DNA of 56,933 nucleotides, counting the filler, from Platydemus manokwari (lineage: Eukaryota), in the NCBI GenBank assembly GCA_037951405.1. It is 4 parts of 4 records of this genome, joined end to end, with 100 filler letters (N's around TTAATTAATTAA, not from the genome) between each part and the next. Parts side by side here need not be neighbours in the genome. Positions count along the whole stretch, not along the records: positions 14,224 to 32,307 come from JBBMOY010577773.1; positions 32,408 to 41,927 come from JBBMOY011237764.1; 2 more parts are not named here. One strand, written 5' to 3'. Positions 28,819-42,027 of this stretch are shown piece after piece; position 1 is the first letter of the stretch, and each line of letters starts with the position of its first letter. The translations under genes were made by a program, and so were the position numbers. The notes under the pieces were generated by a model. The model ran no database searches and was not told the DNA's origin. It was given only the letters and a program-made list of their open reading frames with translations.

Positions 28819-29470
28819 GATCAGTTGAAGAATCTCCCTCTGAACAAATCTAGGGGATTTTCTAATTGATTCAAGTTATAGCGGAGATTTTTCAATTGGT
28901 GAACATTTCAGATCCAATCTCATTTCTTTAGGAGGATCTTGAGTAGTTGTGGAGATGAACTAATCTTGTTTTCACCCACAAGTTAAAATACCATTGTAGA
29001 AGAATTCCCGCTACAATTTTATGGGTTTTGGGTATATTTGATACCAGTGTAAGACTCGCAATGGGTTATATATAGATTAAGGATAAGAGATACAGGCGCA
29101 ATTTTACCCATTATTCAAGCAATTGTATGACCTGGATCTATCATCCACACGGAATGATGAAGATCTTACAGGAATTTACAAGGTCTTGGAATTACTCACA
29201 GAACAGTTAACCATTATGTGAACTTCGTTAATCCAATAAACGGAGTTCATACACAACTTGTTGAGTCTTACTGGAACAAATACAAGGCTCAAATAAAGAA
29301 TATGCGTGAGTGTCGAAGAGAAGTGTTGCTATCATTCATATCAGAATTTATATAGAAAGACCGATTTGATTTGAATGTATTTGAAAATCTATGCCAACAC
29401 ATCCACAATAAATAAAGTTGGTTAATATTTGTCTTTTATTAATTTTGGGGTGGAGATTCTTCAATTGATT
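28819..29470 (+). mobile_element. Internally deleted Merlin (IS1595/ISXO2-like) DNA transposon
   Basis: Inverted termini GATCAGTTGAAGAATCTCC / GGAGATTCTTCAATTGATT. Decayed transposase LGGS*VVVEM...LWVLGIFD...PIIQAIV*PGSIIHTE**RSY...HRTVNHYVNFVNPINGVHTQLVESYW...SFISEF matches Merlin PGSxIxTDxWxxY / HxxVNH / VHTxxIESxW motifs. No TSD seen. Confidence 0.88.
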
Positions 29471-32158
29471 AATATGGAGTGGAGAGATTTGAATAAAGCT
29501 TACGTGCTGTAAAAATAAGGAACCAGCCCGATCAATATAAAGTAGTTCAATACTATGAATGATCATTATATAAGATTTGTATTAACTAGAAATCAATGAA
29601 TAAATATCACACCTCTATAAAAACAAGCACAAATATTCAGTTTGCATTTAGAATTTGTGACATTTATTTCTAGTTATGTTATAAATAAAAATCTACTGTA
29701 GCATCATAAAGTAGTAACTCATCATAGTGCTAGTGGATAAATTGGTTATTCTTAGAGTTTGATATTAAAATATATTGAGTTATGTAATGATGATGTAACT
29801 CAACAATTTCTTTAAAATAGTAGCAACGATAATAATAATAATAATAATAAGAATAATAATAATAATAAAAAAATACAAGCTTATTAAATCCCAAAATTAA
29901 CAAAAGATTGATTAAATATAACAGAAACATGCCGATTTAGAAAAATATATTGATTACATCGAAACAATAGAAATTTTCTATATATATATTAGAGATGACT
30001 AACGTCATAAACACCGAACAAGAAAACCCAAGGATAATAAATAAATTTTGACGAAACGCATTTGGTACAAATGACAAATCTAATAAAGAAATGTAAAAAA
30101 AAATTAAAAAACTTTTTATATGATAAACAAATCGATTGTGTAAAATAGAAAATCTCTGAAAATCTAAGGATTAATCAATTATTAATCGCAGCGAAATATC
30201 TACAATCAATCAACGATAACTTAGGGAAAGAAGACATAAGATACCACAAGCAATGAACGCCGATAACAAATGTATAAACAAGGACCAAACAGTGTCGTTT
30301 GTCATTTGAAAGAAAAAACAAAGCGAAATGAGTATGAATTTGCGGATGTTTAGTGTTGGTGTAGATTTTTATTGGTTCGTGAATGTGAGCATTAATCACA
30401 TTGTAACTACATACGTACTGAGGATTTTAGTAACAGTCACAAGTAGTGACATGATCGTAAGTTAAGAATATCACACCGAAATCTTATGTGAAAAGTTCAG
30501 TCCTTGTGTATGTTATCGACAGATAAATAAATAGAGTTTCTAATCGTTAGTGTTTTGAATTAAAAGGAAATCTAAAATAGTACCAAAGTCAGAATAAGAG
30601 ATGAGAGTTACGTTTGGAGCTGAGTTGTAACAATAAAGTGGTGTATTCTGGTATTCATAATGTAGTGCATATGGATATATGTTAGTATAAATATTTGTAA
30701 TCAATTATATTGATGGTCCCAAAATCGATAATAATCAATAAATACATGAACTATAATGGCTCACAAACGTTTACTGAAAGTCTTAATATTAAATATAATT
30801 TTAATGTTAATCCTAATAGTAAAAACAATAGCATTGATAATATTATTAATAATAATTATAATAATAATCATAGTTATGATAATAACAATAATGATAATAA
30901 TGCTTAAGTTATAAAATCTTCAGATTGCTTAATAGGGTACAACTAAATCAATAAAGATGAAAATTTAAGTAATGTCTTGGAAAGGAAAATTTATTCATTG
31001 GAACGAACTCTAAAGATAACTAAGTTGATTAAATATAATAAATATGCTGATTGACATTTGTTACTGGAAAAATACCCTGATGTGAAAAAAATGTGTAGCA
31101 GATGTTTTTTCCATTATTTGATGTTCAGCAATTATTGATTCAATAGCTTTATAATAATTTTATGATAATTTCTTACAATGCGTTTATTGAAATAAATAAA
31201 ATTGAAATAAAGTAAAAAAAATAAAATAAAAATAAAATGATTATTAAATGAAAATAATCGTAATAATAATATATTAATTAATATATCTGAAGCTTCTGAT
31301 GACAACGAAGCATCAAAAATTAAATAATCTCAGTCTCATTCATTCCACTGCCTACATAAATATTATGAAATCAATTCGAACGAAAGGCTTTATCAAAAAC
31401 AAATCAACTCTCATCCACGCTTCACTTATCACAACAGATAATAATTCCACCAAATCATTCATCAGTTATTGTGGAACTGTAAGAATATTGGGGGCAATAT
31501 TTCAATGGATGTCATAAACATAATGATATCGAATATGATATCTCCAACCACATCATTGTTTATCAGATTCAAGCGGCAATTGTCTGTCATCATTTGATCA
31601 CCACAGATTGTTTATTCTCACATATTGATGACGAAAATATTTATTTATCATAAGATATATCATTTATTAAATGATTGGATGCAATGATGTCATCGATAAT
31701 GTGGAATCTCTAAACAATGATATAAATTATTTGAATACATTGTCGCTTATTTTTTGGAGATTGTTTTCAATGAAGTCTTTTGAAATTCTTTTCGCTAAAA
31801 TGAGTTTACGGATTCAATAATCAAAACAAAACGATTGAAATTTCATTTCATATCGTGCAAATAATAGGAAACTCGTTTCAGTGGGTGTGATTTTCATTTA
31901 ACGAGAGCTGTCGGATGTCGGTCGGACATAAAGAATTTTTTTATTTCCACATGATATGTCGCATGAGTTAAGGTTGAGGAATTTTACACATGTTAAATCA
32001 TTGACTACCAAAAAAAATTTACCGAACAGTCCAAAATACACATTTTCAACAGCTTCTTGCAAATATTGCTGAAACTAAAACCAATTTTTTTTATATTATA
32101 AACTTATAAGACACTATTGGAAAATGGATATTAGGGTTTTCGACGATCCACGATCTTT

Positions 32159-32307
32159 TTACATCCTGAACACACCATAACGTGCAGAATCTTGTCCGAA
32201 AGTGCGATTAAAACAAGCACGGAGACTTTGAGCTAATATTGATCTGGTATCTTTCGGATCGATTATTTCATCATCCCATAGTCGAGCGCTGGAGAAATAC
32301 GGATGAC
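32159..32307 (-). CDS. MCCC2: 3' end of methylcrotonoyl-CoA carboxylase beta subunit (truncated by gap)
   Basis: Translation HPYFSSARLWDDEIIDPKDTRSILAQSLRACFNRTFGQDSARYGVFRM* matches the conserved MCCB C-terminus (PYYSSARxWDDGIIDPxDTR...FGxFRM*). Not in the ORF track. Confidence 0.9.
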
Positions 32308-32407
32308 NNNNNNNNNNNNNNNNNNNNNNNNNNNNNNNNNNNNNNNNNNNNTTAATTAATTAANNNNNNNNNNNNNNNNNNNNNNNNNNNNNNNNNNNNN
32401 NNNNNNN
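32308..32407. other. Assembly gap with TTAATTAATTAA linker
   Basis: 100-nt N block with central linker. Confidence 0.98.
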
Positions 32408-35400
32408 TATATAAACACCTTTCTAAAAAAGTATTACCATACGACATTATATGCAAGCAATACTCCCAGCGACATCTTTTATCACATCGAAATTTTAAGG
32501 TTATACACCCAATAGTTTCTATAAATAATTCTTGTATTTATATATAATTTATTTATTTATAAATGATACACATAACAGAATGTGATTAGATTTTGCATTG
32601 TATTTACATTCCAATAGCTTTTCTAACATCGCAAGTGAATTATTCTCTCAAACCCTTCAATCCAATGAAAAACTTACTAAAATTTTAAAAACTGAAAATA
32701 TATTTTAATATTTTACACAGTATACATGAGCTTCACAATTCAAGTTTGAAATATCATAAATTAAGTTTGGAAAAACTTTCAAATTCAACCAACAATTAAA
32801 TGAAATTCTAAAATTAATATTCAAAATTTGGTGGAATAAAATTTTATTCAGCTGAGTAAATAAAATTTCATTTATAGTAAATTATTAATTAGCAGAATTT
32901 TAGAATTTTGTTGAGTATAATTAACGTTGAATTTTGCAGACTATAAGTGACATGAATTTGAAACTTCATCAAAAAATTAAGTTTCACCAAGTTGTTAAGT
33001 AATAAGACGTTTTATGGAGCGTTTTACTTTTGGAATTTAAATATATTTCATGGAGCTATCTTAAATATTATTTTGGAATTTAAAAATCTTTAATATACAG
33101 ATCGAAATTATTTATCAAATATTAGAAATTACATTTCAATCTTCTCTGATATTTTATACTAATATAGTAATCCATAACATATTCCCCATTAAAATTATTC
33201 ATTCAGGTTATCTTCAATTTCTCTGGAAATTGAAATAATGAATTCTTTTATAAATTAAATTTGTGGCCATAATACAGTGTTCATTTGTTTCAATATATTT
33301 TTAATTTTTATAATAAATCTTTTCTATACAGTCGTTTTGGCTTTTAATATAAAATGTAACAATATTACGTTTATCGAAATCTGTTTTAATATTCAATATG
33401 GGAGTTTATCGATTGCACATGAATTGGTTTCGCATGTTATTCTATTTTGAAGTTTTAACTAAATTGCATTTAAAATGACAAAATTTTTGGAAATTTATAT
33501 AGTGATAACAATAATGATGATAATAATAGTGTTGGGTTTCATTTAAATTCACATGATTTACGAGTCCTAGGTCAATTTGATTAACATTTTCTCTTAATGA
33601 GGTAGATAATGCTTCAATTAGATTAAATCGAACATGATATTTTTCCTAAAGGCATGAATCAATCAATGAGTTCAGTATAATCTGTTGTTTCGTCAAAAAA
33701 GTGGTTGCTTGTACAATATGAATTTCTAATGCGATATCGAAGTCACAATTATGATAAGTGTCACAACTCAACTTATATTAATTTCAAAATAAAAATGAAG
33801 ATGCAAAATACAATTATAAAATGTGTGACGTGTTGGATTAAAAACGAATGTATTTCTATATTGTCACTGCAGCCTCACGAGAAAAAAGAAAAGGGTAGAA
33901 ATGTCTGAACTTTTAAAGATCCAATAATTAAAGCTGCCTTTATTTATGAAAAAAAGGTCATGAGAATTTAAAAGAACTTTTATAGTTAATCACAACTGTG
34001 AATATTTTAAAATGAATTGAAATTTGAAAGAACCGACTAACAAACCAACACGTAAACTATTCCAGAGAATGGAAAAGGTTAAGCCAAAAGATAAACTGAA
34101 ACAGTAGATCTATATAAAGGAATCAGATCTGGGATGTAACTACCAGTATTTCAAAGTCGGTAACCTTATTCCATATTACTCTTTTTGTGTGAACATTCAA
34201 TGGTCCATGTTTTATGGTTTTGTTTCTATTTTTGCTTCATCTTTCGAGTGCTAATCCCGCTATGAACTGATTATTGACCTTGTTCTGGAGCGTGTTTAGA
34301 GTGCAGTTAATGACATGTTGATTTCAAATTGTATTTTGTGATTAAAAGTACATTTTAGCGCAAATTCAGCATTTATGGATATCTAACAGATATATCGATA
34401 TCAAAGTCTTCTCTAATCATTACAATTTTGTAAAACCTCAAATGCATCATTTTGTTGGAAATACAGTAAAATAGAAACTGATCAACACCATTTTACTGGA
34501 GCCATATTTGAACCTACGATATACACATACACTACAAAGCGACTACAAGCGGAATTATAATTTTTAGTGTTTAAAAAATGAAGCTACAAAATACAGCACA
34601 CCCTTCAAGTGCATCTCCATGTATGATAAGGAAATCTCACATTCATTACTACCTCTAAATTTATTGTTAAATCACTTTCAATTTGTTCATAAGTCTGATA
34701 GATATCGGAAAACTATTGCATGGATTTACAATAAAAATAATAAGAAATACGTCCTACGGTCTAATAATATTAATAATAAATAAACTCTGTAGCTTAAAAA
34801 AGAATAAAATGAATTATAAAATACCAGAAGCCTGAATGGAATGATGAGTTTGAATTAGCATAATCAGGGAACTCCTTGTGTTTACAACAGCTGAAATATC
34901 TTCTCGAACAAGAATACTGTTTGAGTACTGGAGTTCGCTAAAGACCACACATTATTGTTACGACACTATAACAATTGTCAGTTTATGTTGTGAAGTTTAT
35001 TTTAAAAGAAACAAAACGATCTTTTAAAAATGCGATAAATAATTAAAATTTGGATAATATCAAAACCATTTAAAAAGTATGTTAAAAATAAACAAACCAT
35101 ATTAATATTTAAAATGATCTTGATTAAAAATACTGTTAAACTCTCTGCATAAAAATTATTAAAATAAAATTGAAATTTTTGATAAAATGATATATTATAA
35201 AAATGTGAAAACTTTTATATTTTGCTAAAAAATGTAGACAAATCTGATGTGACAAATTTTAATTTTGAAATTTTAAAATTTAAAATGTATTAAAAAATAT
35301 TTGTATGTAAATGTAAAATTGATGTAATTATAAATATATTATTGTTCTTATAAAAATGAATTCTGATTTAAATCTCGTAATGTAATTGTTTATACACACT

Positions 35401-38400
35401 GAATCGGCAGAAAAGACTATAAGTAATTGGAATTAACTGAGATAATGAACTCTGTTATTTGTCCACGATGATAACAAATAATCATAAATTTACTAATTTG
35501 ACAATAGTTGAAACGTTGTGTGCATAAATTTAATTTTAAATGTACAGCTGGAATCTTTCCTTGTTATAATAACATTCTGAATACCGGCTATCATAACATG
35601 TTATTGATAGCTACACATAACTTTTAGAAACCTCTCAACTTGCAATTTCATCAGTTGACAGAACACCAATTATGTTGGATTTTGATACAGATTATTGTGT
35701 ATATATTACTGCAAGTAGAATGGTAAATAACAGTCATACAACTCTTGTTTTTGTTCTTTAGTTAATTATTAATAGAAATCAATAATAATTTATTAAAAAT
35801 CAGAACTCCGAAAAATTAATCTGTCAAACTACTTCAAGGTTGCCAATATATATGACTAGTTATGATCACTTCTCTGATAAAATAGGTATTTAAGTATTTG
35901 TATCTCTTTTTATCAAAAGTCATTTGTTCGTAATTAAAAATTCAAATATATTTTCTAACGTTATCAACTGTTGACCAATCTTACAATAGTTCACAAGAGT
36001 TTCTTTACCCATTGGTTTAGCAAAGACACGAGCTGTTGCTTTGAATTTTTATTTATGCGATTATTGACTGAAGGCTTGCTTATATACTGATTTTACGCTC
36101 TTTTTAAGCAGGCTAAATCATATTGATTTATTTCATTTCCCTGAAATCTTTATTTTTAATATTTCTCTTTTGAACATAATTAAATCATTTTATTTATATT
36201 GTTATTTGCTGCAACCTGATTTATGTTTATATTGATTTTTTCGAGATCTGATTTATTATTTTTTGTTCAAACTGATTACATATATTTTTGATTTTTAATA
36301 TTAATAGTAATTTTTCCTACTATAAATAATAATTTTGAAATATAAGTCTAGATAATATCAATATCATTTTTGCATTCTCTGAATTAAATCATTTTCAATA
36401 AACCATTAAATTATTCATTACATTTATTGTTCAAAAATTGCAAAATTGAAAGCTTGTAATAAAGATTACAACATACGAAAGTCCGTTGCGCTGATGTCCG
36501 GTTTCCATTCCATATTTTTGAGCTCGATACATTTGGTATATGATATCACCCCTTTTCATGTAGTTGGTTGGTTCATTTTTGCTGGTAATCACTTGGTGAG
36601 GTGTGTTCTTGTTTTAAATATTCGATGGCCAACATTCCTCATTGCTCCAGGTAGGCTAATATTTTATCATTCAATACCTCGTAGTTTCCTGATGATCCCT
36701 CGTCTTTAATCTGGTCTATGATTTTTAAGGCATCGATACAATGTGGTTTATTCGTTTCATAGGTTTTATGGTTGCAGATTGCTGATACTTTATTCCTGGA
36801 TTTTCCTCCATCCATTTTTTCATATTATCTTGCCCTTATTGCGAGTGCCTTTTCGATTAAATATGGGGTATTGACACAAATATTTTTTCACGTAGATAAT
36901 TTTTTAATATAAACATCATACAATAAATTATTACTCGAGATCCAATTGTATTATTCTTTCGTGAAAATTGGATTTTATAAATTTGTATGTATTGTAGAGA
37001 ATATAATAATTTGACATCCAGCATCACACACTTTTCATCTATTCATTTCTTCTAACATATGGTCAAGTCACATATTTTCATTATGAATTTCCCTTTGACT
37101 ATAGATATCCATCATTATTGCATATTTATTTCCTTATCGTCATGTCCTTCTTGGATAATTATGTTAAATTGTTTTTCACGATTTCATCTTTTAATAAAAC
37201 CAAACTGGATAAAAGATATAAAAATAAAAAAAAAATTTGGAAAACAATCGCATATTTTAAATATTGAATGTTATTAAATTTGAATTAATATAAGATTTTT
37301 TTAATAATTAATTTTTAGCCATTTATAAGATAATTAACATTCAATCAATGAAAGATTTATGGAAAATGTAAGAAATGAAACCAGTTACGATATTAAATTG
37401 CTCTGCACAAATAAAATAAACATTTATCAAAAATGCCGATAGACTACATTAATCATTTCTCTCAATTTAAATTTAGAGAAATTCAAATTAAGTTTCATTC
37501 AGTAATAATTTTTATAACAATATTTGACTTAATTTTCAACTTTAATGTAATTTTTTTTCTAAAATATGCCGACAAATATCATTGAAAAATTCAAAATTGT
37601 TTCTCAATTATTGAAACAATAATAGTAAATAATTACATATTAATGAAAATCTTTGCGAAAAACCTATGCTCTGGAGTGCGTAAAAAACATCTCGATTCTA
37701 GATCATTTAAATTACTACGCTCCGAGACTTTTCACTGAAGAATGTTCCGATTTGCTATTCCGGGGACCTGTACTAAAACAAAAGGTATCGAAAAAATATG
37801 GTAAATACGTTAAATAAATAAACAGGCTTTATTTTTATTAATATTTTTACAAATCAACATATTTTCATGAATTATTTTATGTATAAATTTTCTTCACCAT
37901 TACTAATAAAGAAATAATTAATTTCGTTTAATTAATTTCCAATTTGTTGTCTCCTAGATTTTTATAGAAGAAAGCAAGTTTTGATTTTTAGATTTAATCT
38001 CATTATCCAGCTAAATTATTTTTTCTGTGTTTTTAAAATTCACTCCGTATTGCAAGGCTTCTCTGGTTATTAATGGCAATATTATTTTGATAACAAATCG
38101 ACAGGAAACTGGAGTCATTTGATCAACAACATTTTTTAATTAGACTCTGTACTATTATTAATATGCATTAACTATGAAAAGTGGTTTTATTTCATTGTTA
38201 AATCTAGAAAACGAATCTCAGAAATCGACTGAAAGTATTATAAAGCATTTTGTAAGCTACGTTTAATTTAATTAATAATATAAATATCTCATTAAGGTTA
38301 AATCATGCTAAATATTTGCGTTGAGTTTAAAAAATGAGAAATATCGAACAAGGTTGAAGATGAATATCAATAAATAATTTTCTGTTTTCCACTTCATTCA

Positions 38401-39730
38401 AGTTCAATTGACGTAATTTGTTTAATTTAATTAAATTTAAAATAGAGCAAATTTATTAAGAATTTTATTATCAATATTAGCCTTAATTTGGACCAAGGAT
38501 TTAAATTCAATGAATATTCAAACAACACACTCTAATATAACCTTTTTATTCGTAATTAACTCGCATTTATTTATTAATTATTTTATTTAATTAATTATTT
38601 TTATTTAATAGTCGATAATAAATAATAAAACCACTCCCTAAACATATGGATAGAAAAACCAAAATGCTTGAAGAGTCATCCAATGATAATTTGAGACAAT
38701 GATTATTTTGTTTAAATTTTGATTGTTGCTGTGTATTCTATGTTGATGAAGTTTAGTGAAGTATTTTTATAATATAAGTTTAGGATATTTCATTGGTGTT
38801 TAGTGTTTTCGTTGTCGGATCTTTGAATAGTTGAGTAATTTGTTGATAAATATCTTGGAATCGCTATAAATTCCACAATTATGATAATATAATTTTTAAT
38901 GAATTCCTAATCGATATCTTTACTGATTGACTCACGTGCTTGTCTGTATGTCTGTGAAAGCTAATAAAGGATTTTCGAAGTAGTTAATATATTAATTGTG
39001 GTACTATTGAAACTTAACCTACTCTTTTTCTAACGTTTCATTATATAGATTCACACTGAATGAACAACTTTTCCTGATTACTATGTTTTATTTATTACAA
39101 CAATTTTACAGCATATTAATCTCCCCGGGTACAACTCTGATAAGAATTAACAACTGTCCAGAAGTTAGAACACAGTCAAAAATTTCTTTTGACTATACCA
39201 GTACAAACACTACTTCTTGCTGCTATCACTGATTACTCCTGTAACTGTTAGGGTCTCAATAGCACACTCGTTAATTAATTTAAAGTCTCATCTACTTACA
39301 TTGTAATTTTAATTTCTAAAAATAAGCTCAGAAGTGATATTTCTTTTGTTCCAACTGCCCATTTCTTAGATAATACCAAGATGAAATTGAATCATTTTGC
39401 TCATCATTATATCAATCCTTATTTTATGTTAATGTGTATCCATTTATTTTATTTTGTCATAAAGGCTATAATAATAATTATTATTATTATCATTATTATT
39501 AGTTATTTAATTATTTTTTTTAATTATTAATTATTTAATCAGCACATTAATCATTATATTGTTATATTATTGAATTATATTTTATTGGTACTAGTTTTTT
39601 AATAACTATAATTAATAATAATGAAATTTATATAGTAAAAACATAAGTTGTTTCCATCAATATTTTATTTTATTTCAAAATCACACGCGTTTGTTTTTAA
39701 TATTAAAACAAATCTCATTTTTGTTATCTA

Positions 39731-41927
39731 ACTTCCCTCTCCCGTTGTTTTTGAGATCCTTTTTAACCACTCAATTCTTCGAGATTTTGGCTGCCCCTGG
39801 AAACCAAGGAGGACTTGATGTGGGCTTAAAAATTTCAAAACTCTCTGAGAACTTTCATAACGATCTCCATTCTTCTTTATCTTGTGTAGTTCTTTCTTCA
39901 CTAAAACTTCTTCTCCAACTGTGAAAATTCTACAACCTCTTTTTGTAGCATTAAATTTCTTTAAGTTTGTGCCTACTGATTTTAGCTGGTTTTTTGTTTA
40001 TTGGATGATCTGGTCGTGATGGCTTGGTTCATTTAGTCGTGGACATTAATTCTTCGTCCAAACAATATTTCAAAAGGAGAATGTTGAATTGAACTTTGAT
40101 AGGTTGCATTGATGATAAATTTTATCCGCGGTATTAATTTATCCCAAGCCTGTTTCTCTGATGCCATCGTTGTTATCACCATGTCTCTCACCGTCCTAAT
40201 CATCCTTCGGTTAAGCCATTTGTCTTATGTTGGTAAGGAGAGACAAATTCTTGTTTAATTCCAAAACGTATCACTAATTCTTTCATTTCCCTTCTTTCGA
40301 AGACTCTACCCCGATCAGTGAGCATTGATTTTGGGGCATTATACCTATAGATCCATTTATCAATTATGGACTTGGAAATATTTGTTTTGTCTTGTCGAAT
40401 AAGTGGCACCAAGCCTACTAACTTACTGAATCTATCTACAATAACCAACAGATACTTGGTTTTAGTCATAAATTTCGCAAAGTGCGCAACATCTACAACG
40501 ATCTGTTACAGAGGACCAAACCCTTCCTTGGGGATCTTAATCTCTTTAGACTCTCCAGTGTATACCTTCCATTTAGCACAAATATCACAATTCTGTATTC
40601 CATATTCAATGCTTCGTGACAGATTCGATCAGAAGTAAATTTTTTGAATGTAATCAACCAATTTTTTATTACCAATATGCCACAACTCCTCATGAAGGTA
40701 TATTGTAAGTTTCTGCAAATAAACCTCTGGTACAACAATTAGCTTCTTTCCATTCTTATTATACACCACCATATCTTCAAACAACTCATATTTCTCTAAA
40801 CTGTTAAAATATTTGCTTTTCTTGACCACTAAATTAATTTCTGTTCCTGATTTCCCTAACCATTTTTGAATAGAACCAACGACACTTTCTTCTTATTGAA
40901 TCTTCCTTAGTTCGTCATTATTTGCAATTGAATGCTCGACAACATTAATAAACCGGCTTTTTGGTTTACCTTCTTTAGCTGAGTTAAGCATTGTGAACAA
41001 AATGCTTCACCTATCCTTGAAAGTACATGTGCATTTCTATGATCTGATCCTTTCCGATATTGAAGTTCGAAATTGAACCCGGATAAGTTTGAAAACCATG
41101 TTTGAAACTGAGTGCTTATCAGTTTGTTATTTTTTATAATGTATGTCAAGGCTTTGTGATCGGTGCGAGTCACAAATTTCTTTCCCAACAAATAATGTTT
41201 AAAATACATAGTAAGCTTGTGGATTCCCAAAACTCTTTCCTCGTGACGCAATAACTTTTTTCATGATTGTTAAGAGTTCTAGAACCATTGGCCACTACTA
41301 TCTCTTTTCCATTGTCATCCAGCTGACTTAGAACACATTAAATCGCTCCGAAACTAGCATCCGTGTCTAAAATCATCTCTTTGTTTGGATCCTGAAAGGC
41401 CAAAATCCTTAAGGTTTCCAAAACTTTCATCACAATCTGTACTCCACTCCAATTTCTAGTCACTTCCAGTCATCGTCGCATATGACGGAGCCGTAATAAA
41501 TGCATAATCTTTGATAAATCTTCTGTAATAATTGCATAATCTTATGAACGACCTCAATTGAATGATACAACCAGGTTCTATTGCTTCCTTAATCTTCTTT
41601 ACTTTGCCGTTATCAGTTTCTAAACCTTCTGCACTAACCGTATGACCTAGGAAATTCAATTTTCTGGTACCAAAAGTGCATTTCTCGGGATTGATTTTCA
41701 AACCTGATGATTTAATTAACCTGAATATCTTTTCGAGTTTCTCATTGTGTTTCTCTACCGTTCTTTCATACACTAAAATATCATCCAGATAAGCAAGAAC
41801 ACTTTTGTAAATCGAGTCCTTGAATATAGTATTCATTCTGAATCGTTGCGGTACATAATCCAAAAGGTAGTCTGTTAAAACAGAACTGCCCAGTTCTAGT
41901 GCTGAAAGCCGTTTTCATTTTAGAATC
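39731..41927 (-). mobile_element. Decayed Ty3/gypsy LTR retrotransposon, pol region to polypurine tract (5' part lost in gap)
   Basis: Domain order RT-RNaseH-IN. RT: KTAFST..FCFNRLPFG, LAYLDDILVY, INPEKC, FLGH. RNase H: DTDAS..VLSQ, FKHYLLGKKFVTRTDHKAL. Integrase: HEELWHIG, VIVDRFSK, LTDRG, SPYQHKTNGLTE. PPT GGGAGAGGGAAG at 39732-39743. Multiple frameshifts. Confidence 0.95.
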
Positions 41928-42027
41928 NNNNNNNNNNNNNNNNNNNNNNNNNNNNNNNNNNNNNNNNNNNNTTAATTAATTAANNNNNNNNNNNNNNNNN
42001 NNNNNNNNNNNNNNNNNNNNNNNNNNN
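41928..42027. other. Assembly gap with TTAATTAATTAA linker
   Basis: 100-nt N block with central linker. Confidence 0.98.

Noticed and set aside
31290-32080. Coding-like sequence downstream of the MCCC2 stop
   Set aside because: No consistent spliced frame or recognisable homology on either strand.
35400-36100. Possible hAT catalytic-domain relic on the minus strand
   Set aside because: Weak motif resemblance only; no termini.
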